In this document: positions 10,877-20,990 of the stretch, piece after piece | How positions within the stretch are numbered: the first letter of the stretch is position 1 | Layout: each line of letters starts with the position of its first letter | IMG/VR virus record: IMGVR_UViG_3300029953_000002 | DNA from: an uncultured virus (IMG/VR IMGVR_UViG_3300029953_000002) | Taxonomy: Duplodnaviria; Heunggongvirae; Uroviricota; Caudoviricetes | Strand: one strand, 5' to 3' | Length of the DNA: 64,000 nt | Made by a program: the position numbers and the translations under genes | Notes under the pieces: model-generated | Seen by the model: only the letters and a program-made list of their open reading frames with translations | Database searches by the model: none | What the model was told of the DNA's origin: nothing

Positions 10877-11415
10877 TATGTTTCCTTTTTAATCACGCGA
10901 TATATACGATTAGCATATTTGCCTGCAAACGCCACGAACATGTCTGTTGATTCAATGTGATCAGTAGGTAGCACTGGTTCGAAAAGAGTATCTCCAGTTA
11001 TTCCTTCTGGTAACCCTTCGGGCAATGAAGTATTGTGCGCCAATAGCAGTTCATGATAGGTAATTACTTCGGTTGTCATTTTATCTCCACATTATTCTTT
11101 AACAAGAAATTTAGCTATTCCTAGTCCATCGGGAAGATTATCTCCTGTATCACTCATTAAAAAATCTACATAGAGTTCTACAGTGCGAACATTAACAACT
11201 AGATCTCTGTAATTCATTTTACTTCTGCTACTAAAGTATGCACGATCGGATTCGCTGTGCATAGCTTCATATCGCTTTGTGGTCTCTTTATAGATCTTCT
11301 CAGCTTCGCTATTAGACTTTGCTAGCGCACTCTCTAAGGCAGATCCATGACCCACTAGCGTGTCTTTAAATCGGCGCATGAGTTACTCCTGTTTGTTATT
11401 TTTTCTGAAAGAAAA

Positions 11416-11916
11416 CTAAAAATAAATTTCAGTTCCATCTTTCACTGATTGTGGCCAAGTTTTCACTTCTTGTTGCGCAGCTTTTACTTGATCGTACAAA
11501 GTTAAAGATTGTTTTGGTTTTTTATTTTCATCACGTAGTCTTATTAATGTAGCGATATCATTTATACAACTACAAGTTTCAATATAAGTTTTATTCTCTA
11601 CTTTAGCAATTAACTTAATTAGATTGTTTCGTTCTTCTTGCGCGTTATCTGAACTAATTACTTTTTGCGAAAGATCTTGTACGAATAGTCGCGCTACTGC
11701 TATTTTAGCAGCTTGTACTAAATCATTCACTTTCTGTGTTTCTTCAACAGAAATCAAATTAGGTGCCATGTACAAATGCATTAATATATTCATAGCGTTT
11801 GATGTACTTGGACTAACACTCTCTCTATCGTGAAGCATGCGAGATGCTCCTAGTATTTCTTGTTTTTCTTCTTCTGTATCTACTAGTATTTTAATCATGA
11901 TGTTATTTTCCTTCAT
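11416..11916 (-). CDS. hypothetical protein
   Basis: ORF in packed minus-strand run; true start may be the second Met. Confidence 0.55.
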   Translation of the reverse strand: MKENNIMIKILVDTEEEKQEILGASRMLHDRESVSPSTSNAMNILMHLYMAPNLISVEETQKVNDLVQAAKIAVARLFVQDLSQKVISSDNAQEERNNLIKLIAKVENKTYIETCSCINDIATLIRLRDENKKPKQSLTLYDQVKAAQQEVKTWPQSVKDGTEIYF

Positions 11917-13099
11917 TGTTCTCTAACCATTTTTTAATATAATTATTTTTTATTTCAATTTTTTTCGATTCAGGTAATTCAGCACTACTAGAAAATAAAA
12001 TAAATAATGAATCAAGCGTAGAGACATAATGATCAAATGCTTTCATTTTGGCTATAAAACTTATTTCAGCTGATATCATGCCCCCCCCCTATTATTTTTA
12101 ATTTACGGACATAAAAGACCATGATGATATACTCCTTTAGCATCAGGTCTGTCGCCAGGTTGCGTAGAAGATTTTCCAATATTACGCTTAATGATTAGAC
12201 CAGTTATCTCGTTCATAGCTGCTACTATTTCCAAACAATTCATAGTAGCAGCTAACTGATTACATAGATCGTAAATTCCATTCTTTAGTTGTGCTTCTGG
12301 GCTATCTCCAAATACACTCATTTATTTTCCTTCGTTATTTCAAAGCTGCGAAATTCATAGAACAAATATAAGAAATATGCGCGCACGCTGCTTTAGTACC
12401 TGGCGTAATGAATTTATTATGGCGAGGTGTTAAACCTTCTAATCCTTTTACTGCCATGTTACTCTCCTTTATTTTTTATGACTTCAACAGAACAATTTTT
12501 TAAAGAAAAGCTTAATATCTCTATATCACTCATGATCTATCCTTTAAGCTGTATGAAAAATGACGCAAACACCGATAATGATAGTAATAGTTGTTACTAC
12601 CATCATCATCCAAAATGCAAAGAACTCTGGTTCAGAATTATTTTTCTGTTTACAAATTAAACCAAAATGTTCCACTACAACTCTAGCTGGAGGCGCCTCT
12701 GGAGGTGGAGTATGATAATGTAATTCTTTTTTAAATTGTTTCTTCATTACTATCTCCTGATGTAGGCTTATGTAACATACCGTTATAAGTAAGTTATTCT
12801 GCCAATAGTCTCAAAATTTTTTAATCTTTAATCAATTGGATGTCTTGATATATTGTACTTCCGTCCATAATCTCGTTCTCTATCCACACATTTTTCGCAT
12901 TTGTGACAAGTGAAATATAAAATACGTGGACATGCGCTATTATCACCTTTGAAAGAAACTCCTTCATCCCAATAGTGAAAACAAAATAGTTGCTTAAAGA
13001 ATTTTCTTATTGATCGACGATAGTCAGATACAAGTATAATTACAAAGCAAAATACACAAAACGTAACCGACTCCACAATGCAGAAAGTGCTTGGCGTGA

Positions 13100-13999
13100 T
13101 TATCCTATTTTAGAATTACTTCCAGATTTATATTTAATCGTTATTGCGAAGTTACCAGTATCATTCAATCTTACACCCCAATTACTGTACATGTGCGGGC
13201 AGTAGACATTACGCTTGTTAATAATTGTTTCAAAACCTCGTACGCCACGTATTTCCACTCTAGTAGTTACTGGATCATATTCAATTGTTCTATACAGCGT
13301 TGTTGGTGAAGTTCCTTCTGGACACGCATGACCGTGAGGTAAAATATGCTTTAACAAAAACATACCTGACGGTAGCGTAATTTTACTAGTAGCTAATGCA
13401 AGTTCAGAAATATCTAGTTTTGTTATATCTTCTTTAGATGGCTGTTTATGCATAGCCCAGGCCACTCCATCAAAATCGAAATCATTACTTTCTTTATTAT
13501 CTTTACTGACACAAAGTGCAGATTTCTTAAGAAGTTCCAGTGTCATCTCTGGATTTTCATTAGCAGTCATTGGATCGATGGCGTGTGCTACCTTACAACG
13601 AGGCTTGAAGTTTCCATCCCCATCTGCGTAAAACCCAACCATCCTACTAGATCCCCAACTAGCCAATTTATTCCAATGATCAAACATGGCTTCTAATGCG
13701 ATTCCTTGCGCTGGGGTTACGTCAAAGTACGCAGTCATTTGGTAACGTTCTTTACTCTTTCTGATCGGAGTATGTGTTTCACTCAGCGATATTTGCGTAG
13801 TAAAGAATTTACTATCAAATGTCTTTACAATCTCAGCATAATTAGCAATCGTTTCTGGACGTTCTTCTGGATCGACTAATCGAATATCGTGAAAACCAGC
13901 TTCTTTCAGAGCTTTTTGAATAACTGCTAAAATAACAGTTTTACCAGTGTTAGCTTTACCCGATATGTTAATCGAGATTTGATCTTTTTCAGTGTTCAT
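13100..13999 (-). CDS. multi-module phage protein with N-terminal P-loop-like motif
   Basis: ISGKANTGKT near N-terminus; AAGGA RBS. Confidence 0.6.
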   Translation of the reverse strand: MNTEKDQISINISGKANTGKTVILAVIQKALKEAGFHDIRLVDPEERPETIANYAEIVKTFDSKFFTTQISLSETHTPIRKSKERYQMTAYFDVTPAQGIALEAMFDHWNKLASWGSSRMVGFYADGDGNFKPRCKVAHAIDPMTANENPEMTLELLKKSALCVSKDNKESNDFDFDGVAWAMHKQPSKEDITKLDISELALATSKITLPSGMFLLKHILPHGHACPEGTSPTTLYRTIEYDPVTTRVEIRGVRGFETIINKRNVYCPHMYSNWGVRLNDTGNFAITIKYKSGSNSKIG

Positions 14000-14026
14000 T
14001 ATAATTTCCTTTGTTCTAAGAATTTA

Positions 14027-14698
14027 TTATGCTAAGCCGTGTTTAGTAACCCACTCTGCTACAAGTGGGATGTTCGTAAAGCTTATTTCTTTGGCTAATA
14101 CTTTCGCTTCTTCAATCTTGTTATTTTGCAAAAGTATACCAAGGTCACGTACTTCTGAAACACCTTGTCCATTATTATAGGACGCTTGTAACAAATACAA
14201 TTCTTGCCACAGTGTTGAGAAATTATAAGTACCGGTGTGTTTAATTGAAAACCTAATAGGATACGCTCGCATAGCAGCCGATCCAATTGAGAGAGGCAGT
14301 ATGTCGATATTCAAATCGAAATCTTCTCGCATCTTTTCAAAACTACCAAAAACAAAAAATTCTAACGACGCCATCAATGATGACAATACGAATCCATTAC
14401 TTGGACGATAGCCGCGCGTTGTTAACTCCTGAATAACACGCCCAGCCGATGCGTATGAATAAAATTTCTCAGCCATACTAGCATTCTCTGTCCAACATCC
14501 ATTTGGTTCATCTGGGTTTTGGCGAATATGTATATCTCGATAAAAATAACTCGGAACACGTAAATGTTTCGAATTAACTCGAATAATAACACCAGCAAAG
14601 TCAGATGTAATTTGTTGATCTGGAATTATGTCAAGACGATCTCTTGATTTTGTTATGACTTCCCAACCTGATATTTCTTTACCTCTATAATAGTACAT
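14027..14698 (-). CDS. hypothetical protein
   Basis: 223-aa ORF, AAGGA RBS; C-terminus similar to part of 2155..2868. Confidence 0.6.
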   Translation of the reverse strand: MYYYRGKEISGWEVITKSRDRLDIIPDQQITSDFAGVIIRVNSKHLRVPSYFYRDIHIRQNPDEPNGCWTENASMAEKFYSYASAGRVIQELTTRGYRPSNGFVLSSLMASLEFFVFGSFEKMREDFDLNIDILPLSIGSAAMRAYPIRFSIKHTGTYNFSTLWQELYLLQASYNNGQGVSEVRDLGILLQNNKIEEAKVLAKEISFTNIPLVAEWVTKHGLA

Positions 14699-14747
14699 TT
14701 CTTATCCTTTATCTACACAAACAATTAACGTGTTCTATATTTTTTTA

Positions 14748-15176
14748 TTATTCTGGCATAGTGTCTATTTTATACCCCATGAATTCTGCGTATTCACGTA
14801 TCGTTGATACAAATAACTTAATGTCGATTTTATCTCCATTTATTGGCCATCTAGTGGCAGCGAAGAAGTTAGCCACGATAAAACTTACAGCTTCATCACT
14901 CCCCGTGTCATTTGCCCCCCCCCCACATTCCTATCCAAAGATAGTCTTGTGGGTAGAGCTGAAGTATCTTAGAAAGCTGTTGTTCGGTAAGAATGATACC
15001 ACTAATCTCTTTGATCTTATCTTTGACCCAGTTGAACGTATCGTACGTTTGATGCATACCAACAATTTATAGTAATTTCATCATACGTTCTTTATGCATC
15101 TTCATGACCGTATTACAGTTGTCACTTGCAAAACGCTTCGGATCACTTACAAGATATTTAGGTTCTATGATCAACA
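14748..15176 (-). pseudogene. disrupted hypothetical gene (in-frame TAA and G10-tract frameshift)
   Basis: MLIIEPKY...KLL*IVGMHQTY...IGMWG, continuing in another frame ANDTGSDE...DTMPE* across the C10 tract at 14915-14924. Confidence 0.5.
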
Positions 15177-15193
15177 TGCTATTTTCCTTTATT

Positions 15194-15580
15194 TTATTTA
15201 ATCACAATGAAACGAAAATTATTGGAACACTTCTTAGGATCTTCGGTTTCACCAAACCAACGTAGTACCCAATAATTGTTACTTGAGTCTTCAAACGTTA
15301 TTTCAGCTTTCCACATCTTGCCAGGATAAACACCACTTGGTAATGAAGTGGAATATGTTTTTAGTTGACGAAATGTTTCTTGATTCATGATAGCGTTCTT
15401 ATCATCTATCACAATGTCTTTCGAATCAGGCTGTTCCCAATATTGCCCCATTGGATCTGTGACTGGCGGAATAATATTTGGATCTTTCTTACCAAATATC
15501 TTATCCCAGCCATCTCGATATTTATTCGATGGTTCTCTTGAAACAATCGTATCACCTGTGATATCATTTTTACTTGCCAT
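15194..15580 (-). CDS. hypothetical phage protein
   Basis: 128-aa ORF, AGGAG RBS; YSTSLPSGVYPGKMWK motif. Confidence 0.65.
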   Translation of the reverse strand: MASKNDITGDTIVSREPSNKYRDGWDKIFGKKDPNIIPPVTDPMGQYWEQPDSKDIVIDDKNAIMNQETFRQLKTYSTSLPSGVYPGKMWKAEITFEDSSNNYWVLRWFGETEDPKKCSNNFRFIVIK

Positions 15581-15947
15581 TATTACTCCTTAGGAAATAA
15601 ACTGGAACTTACGAACAACCCTGATAGATTTAAAGCGTTGATATTAATTCATGCCTCGTATATAAAAATACAAATTTGTAGTTTTACGTGAAAAATACAC
15701 TGCCATAAATCACCGTCACTATTGCCGCTGTCAATAATGATTAAGTTATTGAAATTTTCTTTAATCTCTTTATAAGAAATTAAACTAGGATCATTACCGT
15801 TTTCTATTTTTTCAATTCTTTGCTGATTAATTGGAATTCTTTGGTAAGCGTAAACTCCACCAAGTGCATCTTCATCAAACGCTCTAGTAAGGTAATTATA
15901 AAACATTGATATTGCTGCGTCGCCGTATTCAATTGTTGTTGCCATTT

Positions 15948-16142
15948 CTATTTTCCTTTTTTCTCTTTGTAAATACCAAATGTTCGTAGATCTTGTTTAG
16001 CAATTTTTCGATCTTCTAGTATTACGTGTGTTGATGTAGTTTCAATAAATTTACTGATAATAATTTCATCACTACTATAAAGCGTAACGCGTACGCGTTT
16101 TCCACGTTTACAACTAGTGTGGGAAGTTTTATGTTTTAACAT
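15948..16142 (-). CDS. small basic hypothetical protein, first gene downstream of the 36-nt array
   Basis: 64-aa ORF with AAGGAG RBS. Confidence 0.6.
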   Translation of the reverse strand: MLKHKTSHTSCKRGKRVRVTLYSSDEIIISKFIETTSTHVILEDRKIAKQDLRTFGIYKEKKGK

Positions 16143-16265
16143 TATTCTCCTTTATGATTATTAGTAAATTTATGGATGAGGAATGCTCTACCCTCACTCC
16201 TCTCCAATTGATACACTATGTTAAACTGTTGAGAGTCCGGTATCCTTAGGTCTCAACTTTTACTA

Positions 16266-18227
16266 CTTGTCACTTCATATCGTTGGTTTACTATCTTTAA
16301 CTGATTCACTTTTAACTCATGGTTTACTTTACCAGATTGATTCACTTCACTCCCTTGGTTTACTAAGACGAATTGATTCACTTATTGCTATTGGTTTTAT
16401 TCGTGGTTCTGATACACTTAAACACATTGGTTTACTAAACCTATTTGATTCACTACCCCGCTACGATACACTTGTTGGGTTTGGTTTACTATCTTGATTT
16501 GATGCACTAATTGGATCTGGTTTGCTTACGTTCATTGACACGCTAATTAATTCTGGTTTACTAGTTCGTAATGACACACTTCGCCAGCTTGGTTTACTAC
16601 ACGTTAATGATACACTACGATGGCTTGGGTTTATTTGCATTTCTGATACACTAGAGCACAACGGATTACTTTTATTGATTGATTCACTAACAACCATTGG
16701 TTTACTGTTAAGCTTTGATTCACTAATTAATATTGGTTTACTGCCTTTCATTGATTCACTGCGGTGGGTTGGTTTACTGTCGAACGTTGATACACTATGC
16801 TTCCATGGTTTACTATACATTACTGATAAACTTACAGGAGATGGTTTACTTATTTAGTTCGATACACTGGATACCAATGGTTTACTGTTGATTGGCGATA
16901 CACTAATACCTGTTGGTTTACTTCTGTTTTATGATTCAATCGTCGGGCTTGGTTTACTATCGTGTAATGATACACTTTTGACTAATGGTTTGCTAAATCA
17001 ACTTGATACACTAACCCGCTATGGTTTACTGTTGATTGGTGACGCACTTCAGTATGTTGGTTTACTAACGGTCATTGATTCACTTTTAACTCATGGACTA
17101 CTTGCGCATGCCGATACACTTCGTTACATTGAGTTACTAAAAATATGTGATACAATAAACTCCAATGGATTACTTCCCCATTTTGATACACTTTGCTGAC
17201 TTGGTTTACTATGTTTCAACGATTAACTAGGTCTATCTGGTTTACTGTTTTTCACTGATGCGTTACGTAGCTTGGTTTACTTTCCTATTCTGACTCACTG
17301 TGCTCCTATGGATTACTTACACATGCTGATTCACTACAGGTTAGTGGTTTACTTTGGCTGATTGATACACTAACGTATTATGGTTTACTTAACACCGCTG
17401 ATACACTTAAACAGATTGGTTTACTTTGCCTTCTTGATTCAGTTGTTGAGTTTGGTTTACTAACGAATTTTGATTCACTTCAGTCGCATGGTTTACTGCC
17501 AGGCTTTGATACACTACGCTGCAATGGTTTACTTATGTCCCTTGACACACTGTTGCTTCTTGGATTACTTTATACCCGTTGATACACTGGTCTTAACTGG
17601 TTTACTCTGGTTCATTGATACACTTACTGTCTTCGGTTTACTATAACCTTCTGATACACTGTTATAAAACGAGTTAATTATCATCATTGATACTTTAGGT
17701 CATTTTGGTTTACTTTTGTTGTTTGATTCGCTACTGTCTTCTGGTTTACTTTCTAGTTATGGCACACTAACTACCCATGAGTTACTGAAATTAATTGATA
17801 CACTATTTCTTCTTGGTTTACTTCTTCGTTGTGATACATTGACTTCCCGTGAGTTACTGACCGGAATTGATACACTAGTTCGACTTGGTTTACTGGATAA
17901 CATTGATACACTTAAGAAGATTGGATTACTATTGGAATATGATTCACTAGAACTTTATGGTTTACTTGAACGCATTGATACACTACGATGCAGCGGTTTA
18001 CATGTTTTTGTTGATACACTAATACCTGTTGGTTTACTACTTAATGTTGACACACTAACATCCCTTGAGTTACTCGTGCACGATGATACACTTAATATTC
18101 GTGGTTTACTGATTCATTCCGATTCACTATACAACACTGGTTTACTTGTGCACCTTGATACACTACGCTCCTATGGTTTACTATCAAGTATTGATACACT
18201 AGTATCTTTTGGTTTACTAAGACACTA
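16266..18227 (-). repeat. dual-repeat interspaced array, 36-nt period (TIGR-like guide RNA array)
   Basis: 109 consecutive 18-nt half-units; minus strand AGTG(A/T)ATCA-N9-AGTAAACCA-N9; spacers almost all unique and 9 nt (one 8 nt at 17265-17272, one 10 nt at 17570-17579); strand inferred from upstream promoter-like motif. Confidence 0.85.
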
Positions 18228-18285
18228 CGACGTAAAAAGGAGCATAACTCCTAAGTAGTATTTAAATTCATTAGCTACTCACTTA

Positions 18286-18314
18286 AGTGATATATGACTA
18301 TATTTGTTTTGAAT
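18286..18314 (-). promoter_or_regulatory. phage promoter-like motif pointing into the 36-nt array
   Basis: minus strand ATTCAAAACAAATATAGTCATATATCACT, same TATATCAC core as other intergenic copies, ~60 nt upstream of the array. Confidence 0.6.
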
Positions 18315-18330
18315 ATAAAAAAAAAATAGG

Positions 18331-18365
18331 GCATAAATAGATGGATTATTTCTAATCCATCTATT
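18331..18365 (-). terminator. intrinsic terminator ending the tRNA/Y-RNA unit
   Basis: aatagatggatta/taatccatctatt hairpin followed on minus strand by TTTATGCC. Confidence 0.65.
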
Positions 18366-18744
18366 CAATATTTCGATGAAACGAATGTTATTAAACTAGT
18401 GTATTAGTCACCAGCCGGAGATTCCAACATCCAACAAACCTCCTCTTTTACTGCTTCGTTTTTAATGTATTCAATTCCGGCATTCTAATTGGAAACCAAT
18501 CAGACAAAAGTGGAGTTGAAATTTCAGTAAACTAATGTCTACCTAGATTTTATTTAATCTCATCCCATGTAGCAGGAGTCTTGATCACAGTTAAAATCAG
18601 ACTGTTTAAAACATAGTTGGGTCATGGAGACTGACCAACATCACGCGTAATCCCCTGAGGCTTATTCCCCTCACAAGTAATCTCCCAGCCTATTTCTAAG
18701 CTTAGCGTCATCATTGGCTGACACAATTATCTACTACCAATTAA

Positions 18745-18822
18745 TGGTGCTCACTGTCTGACTCGAACAGACGACCTCCGCATTACAAGTGCGGCGCTAC
18801 TAGCCAACTGAGCTAAGCGAGC
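18745..18822 (-). tRNA. tRNA-Thr(UGU)
   Basis: full cloverleaf, anticodon loop CTTGTAA, T-loop TTCGAGT, encoded CCA. Confidence 0.93.
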
Positions 18823-18839
18823 AATACAACGAATACAAT

Positions 18840-19003
18840 TTGAACACAATACGACAAGATTGACAAGATAGCGAGATTGCTCCCAGCGCTCTATCCAGCT
18901 GAGCTACCTAAATCTCATTTCTGAAATATAGAGTAGGAATCGAACCTACGACCTCTTCATTAACAGTGTATGTAATCTTTATCTGCATTCGTAAAGCATT
19001 CAA
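18840..19003 (-). ncRNA. Y RNA-like (YrlA-like) unit 1 with permuted tRNA domain
   Basis: minus: CGAATGCAG..GATTACA, T arm GTAGGTTCGATTCCTAC, loop-closed acceptor-like stem, D arm TAGCTCAGCTGGATAGAGC, CTTGTCG. Confidence 0.8.
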
Positions 19004-19010
19004 AACTCTG

Positions 19011-19133
19011 ACCTGACAAAATTAATAAGATATTTTATAAACTCTTTCGAGTCTATTCCTTGGATTTGAACCAAGTAACTACAGGATTATTCATCCCTCG
19101 TATTTGCCCATGTAATATTATTGGCATTCAGGT
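19011..19133 (-). ncRNA. Y RNA-like unit 2
   Basis: ACCTGAATGC..ATTACA...TTTGTCAGGT terminal stem; internal T arm CTTGGTTCAAATCCAAG. Confidence 0.7.
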
Positions 19134-19152
19134 GTAAACTTTAAAAACTATT

Positions 19153-19245
19153 GGTGACAAGTGTTGTTAAGAAACGGTACTGCTGGGCGAAGAAAGGGAG
19201 TCGAAACTCCCGCATCTCTGCGATGTAATCTTAACTGCATTCACC
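19153..19245 (-). ncRNA. Y RNA-like unit 3
   Basis: GGTGAATGCAG..GATTACA...CTTGTCACC; T-arm-like GGGAGTTTCGACTCCC. Confidence 0.7.
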
Positions 19246-19255
19246 GTAAACTCGA

Positions 19256-19387
19256 TTGATCACTTCATGACAATTGTTGATGAAATTTCAGCAGTTTCCT
19301 GCTCCGCTGGTCATTGCTAGGAACTCTAACCTAACTACCTCTCACGGCTTTTCAATGTAATTCAATCTGCATTCATGTTGTAATCAA
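19256..19387 (-). ncRNA. Y RNA-like unit 4
   Basis: CATGAATGCAG..AATTACA...ATTGTCATG terminal stem. Confidence 0.65.
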
Positions 19388-19393
19388 AACCTT

Positions 19394-19468
19394 TGGCAGA
19401 CCGTATGGGTTTCGATCCCATCTAACCACCTTGAAAGGGTGATGACCTCACCAGAAGTCGAACGGTCC
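19394..19468 (-). tRNA. tRNA-Glu(UUC), embedded in the Y-like array
   Basis: cloverleaf, anticodon loop CTTTCAA, encoded CCA; T-loop ATCGAAA. Confidence 0.88.
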
Positions 19469-19478
19469 ATAAAACACT

Positions 19479-19578
19479 TTCCGACAAGTTAAGTAAAGAT
19501 AGCCTTTCGGCATGGCGAAATATCAGATGTTTCCATCCAATAGCTTGGCTCGCAATGTAATCCTTACAGCATTCGGAA
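19479..19578 (-). ncRNA. Y RNA-like unit 5
   Basis: TTCCGAATGCTG..GATTACA...CTTGTCGGAA. Confidence 0.7.
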
Positions 19579-19588
19579 TAAAACTTTA

Positions 19589-19663
19589 GAGTACTGAATG
19601 ACAAAATCAATATTGACGTAAATATTCGTAATATGTAATCAATACAGCATTCAGTCAGCACTC
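19589..19663 (-). ncRNA. Y RNA-like unit 6 (minimal, stem only)
   Basis: CTGAATGCTG..GATTACA...TTTGTCA with very short interior. Confidence 0.6.
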
Positions 19664-19672
19664 GTAACTTGA

Positions 19673-19822
19673 TTGAGTCGTAACGACAAGAATTAATAAA
19701 TCAAGGGTTTCCCCTAGCTAGCGTTCTAACCAACTGAACTACAACTCTTTTCAGAATTGACTGGAATCGAACCAGCGACCTCTTGCCTGACTGTAGATTT
19801 ATCAGCATTCATTACAACTCAA
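19673..19822 (-). ncRNA. Y RNA-like (YrlA-like) unit 7 with permuted tRNA domain
   Basis: GAATGCTG..CTACA, T arm GCTGGTTCGATTCCAGT, closed acceptor-like stem, D arm TAGTTCAGTTGGTTAGAAC, CTTGTCG. Confidence 0.8.
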
Positions 19823-19874
19823 AACCGGTATCCGCACATTAGTGATATGTACAATTGAAACTTTAATTAAATCA

Positions 19875-20023
19875 GATGTTTCGTAACAAGTAATAAGTAA
19901 AACATGATTGTAGACCTGAGGGAGTGAGCCTCAGTGCGTTGCCGTCACGCTGTCCCTCACTTACGAGAGGTATGGGGTCGAACCATATCACTTATGTAGT
20001 TTTACTCGCATTTACAAACCATC
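19875..20023 (-). ncRNA. Y RNA-like unit 8 with permuted tRNA domain
   Basis: AAATGC..ACTACA, T arm TATGGTTCGACCCCATA, acceptor-like and D-like hairpins, CTTGTTAC. Confidence 0.72.
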
Positions 20024-20035
20024 CAAATCTTTGCA

Positions 20036-20186
20036 TGAAACAATTACCAAGCAGACTATGACAAGGGATAGCTAAGAAGTGTCCTTTCGAACTTTTCCCC
20101 CATAAGGTATCTATAAGTAACAGAAATAACTTATGGGGGAAAATGTAATCCTAACTGCATTCGCAGAAAGCTTGGTAATTGTTTCA
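20036..20186 (-). ncRNA. Y RNA-like unit 9
   Basis: 17-bp perfect outer stem; CGAATGCAG..GATTACA...CTTGTCA; interior long hairpin TTTTCCCCCATAAG/CTTATGGGGGAAAA. Confidence 0.7.
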
Positions 20187-20192
20187 AACTAT

Positions 20193-20348
20193 TTTTGAGT
20201 TATTCGACAAGTGGGAATGAATTAACGCGGTTACCCGCCAGCTGTCCTATAATTAGACGAGATCCTCATGGGATTACAAGATTAGCCGAAGCACGCTTGT
20301 ATTCGCTGATTGAAAGTGTAAATTCATCTGCATTCGAAATACTCAAAA
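20193..20348 (-). ncRNA. Y RNA-like unit 10
   Basis: TCGAATGCAG..TTTACA...CTTGTCGAA; degenerate permuted tRNA-like interior. Confidence 0.7.
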
Positions 20349-20514
20349 CTTTTACTACTACATAGGTTGATCACAACCGACTTTACGGATATTACTTCTA
20401 CACCAACAAGCACCGCTTTTAAACGGGATGTAATTGAGGTTAGGTACAGGTATTAACTGCAAACCCTTCCTACGAATTTTACGTGACCACAACTCTTTAC
20501 TACTACAATTTAAA

Positions 20515-20666
20515 TAAGTGCGTATAACAAGTGTATTAACAAAACATAACAAGACTGAAGTTTCCTCCAGCGCGTCTACCAGTTTCGCCACATCCCTGTA
20601 AACAGGAACGATAGGATTCGAACCTATACCCTAAATGTAGTTTTGTCTGCATTTACACAACACTTA
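20515..20666 (-). ncRNA. Y RNA-like (YrlA-like) unit 11 with tRNA-Leu-like D arm
   Basis: AAATGCAG..ACTACA, T arm ATAGGTTCGAATCCTAT, D arm GTGGCGAAACTGGTAGACGC, CTTGTTA. Confidence 0.78.
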
Positions 20667-20673
20667 AACTTGA

Positions 20674-20831
20674 TTGAAAGCGTTATAACAAGTATCAACA
20701 AAAAACAATACTAATGCTTTATCAGAGGGATTTGAACCCCATCTTTTTACCTTATGGCAAAACGCTTTTACCGGACATAAGCTATGAACCACAAAAGAAC
20801 TAATCTTCATTTGCATTTATAACGCTTTCAA
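20674..20831 (-). ncRNA. Y RNA-like unit 12 with non-permuted degenerate tRNA interior
   Basis: 15-bp perfect outer stem; AAATGC...CTTGTTA; interior order D arm, anticodon-like hairpin, T arm GGGGTTCAAATCCCT. Confidence 0.68.
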
Positions 20832-20837
20832 AAACAT

Positions 20838-20924
20838 TATATTTAAACACATTATGACAAGTGTATCGCTGATATCCAGTTAGTGTATGTAATCAGTGAA
20901 GCATTCGTAACATGTTTAAATATA
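20838..20924 (-). ncRNA. Y RNA-like unit 13 (minimal)
   Basis: 12-bp outer stem; CGAATGC..GATTACA...CTTGTCA. Confidence 0.65.
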
Positions 20925-20952
20925 TTGTCTCAAATGATAGGTTAACACGGTA

Positions 20953-20986
20953 AATTTTCACTCCTAGTGTTAGTAGGAGTGAATTT
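20953..20986 (-). terminator. hairpin immediately after the Ro60 stop codon
   Basis: ttcactccta/taggagtgaa inverted repeat followed by a short T-rich tail on minus strand. Confidence 0.5.
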
Positions 20987-20990
20987 CTAC

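Noticed and set aside
16266..18227. CRISPR array
   Set aside because: Repeats and spacers are 9 nt with two alternating repeat types, far from CRISPR dimensions; no cas genes in the window.
16267..18258. GLLxxxD(S/T)Lxxx (+) and SKPxxxS(E/V)S (-) repeat ORFs as a leucine-rich repeat protein
   Set aside because: Conservation is at nucleotide level including third positions; frames are broken by stops (16495, 16855, 17197, 17224, ~17644) and two indels; the + frame opposes all neighbouring genes. Stops are somewhat scarce in the + frame, so a decayed gene is not fully excluded.
20350..20512. A 14th Y-like unit in the gap between units 10 and 11
   Set aside because: Only partial motif matches and no closing terminal stem.
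18840..20924. Cluster of tRNA pseudogenes or a CRISPR-like array
   Set aside because: Arms are in permuted order, each unit has its own closing stem with shared motifs, and the cluster abuts Ro60; a Y-RNA interpretation fits better.
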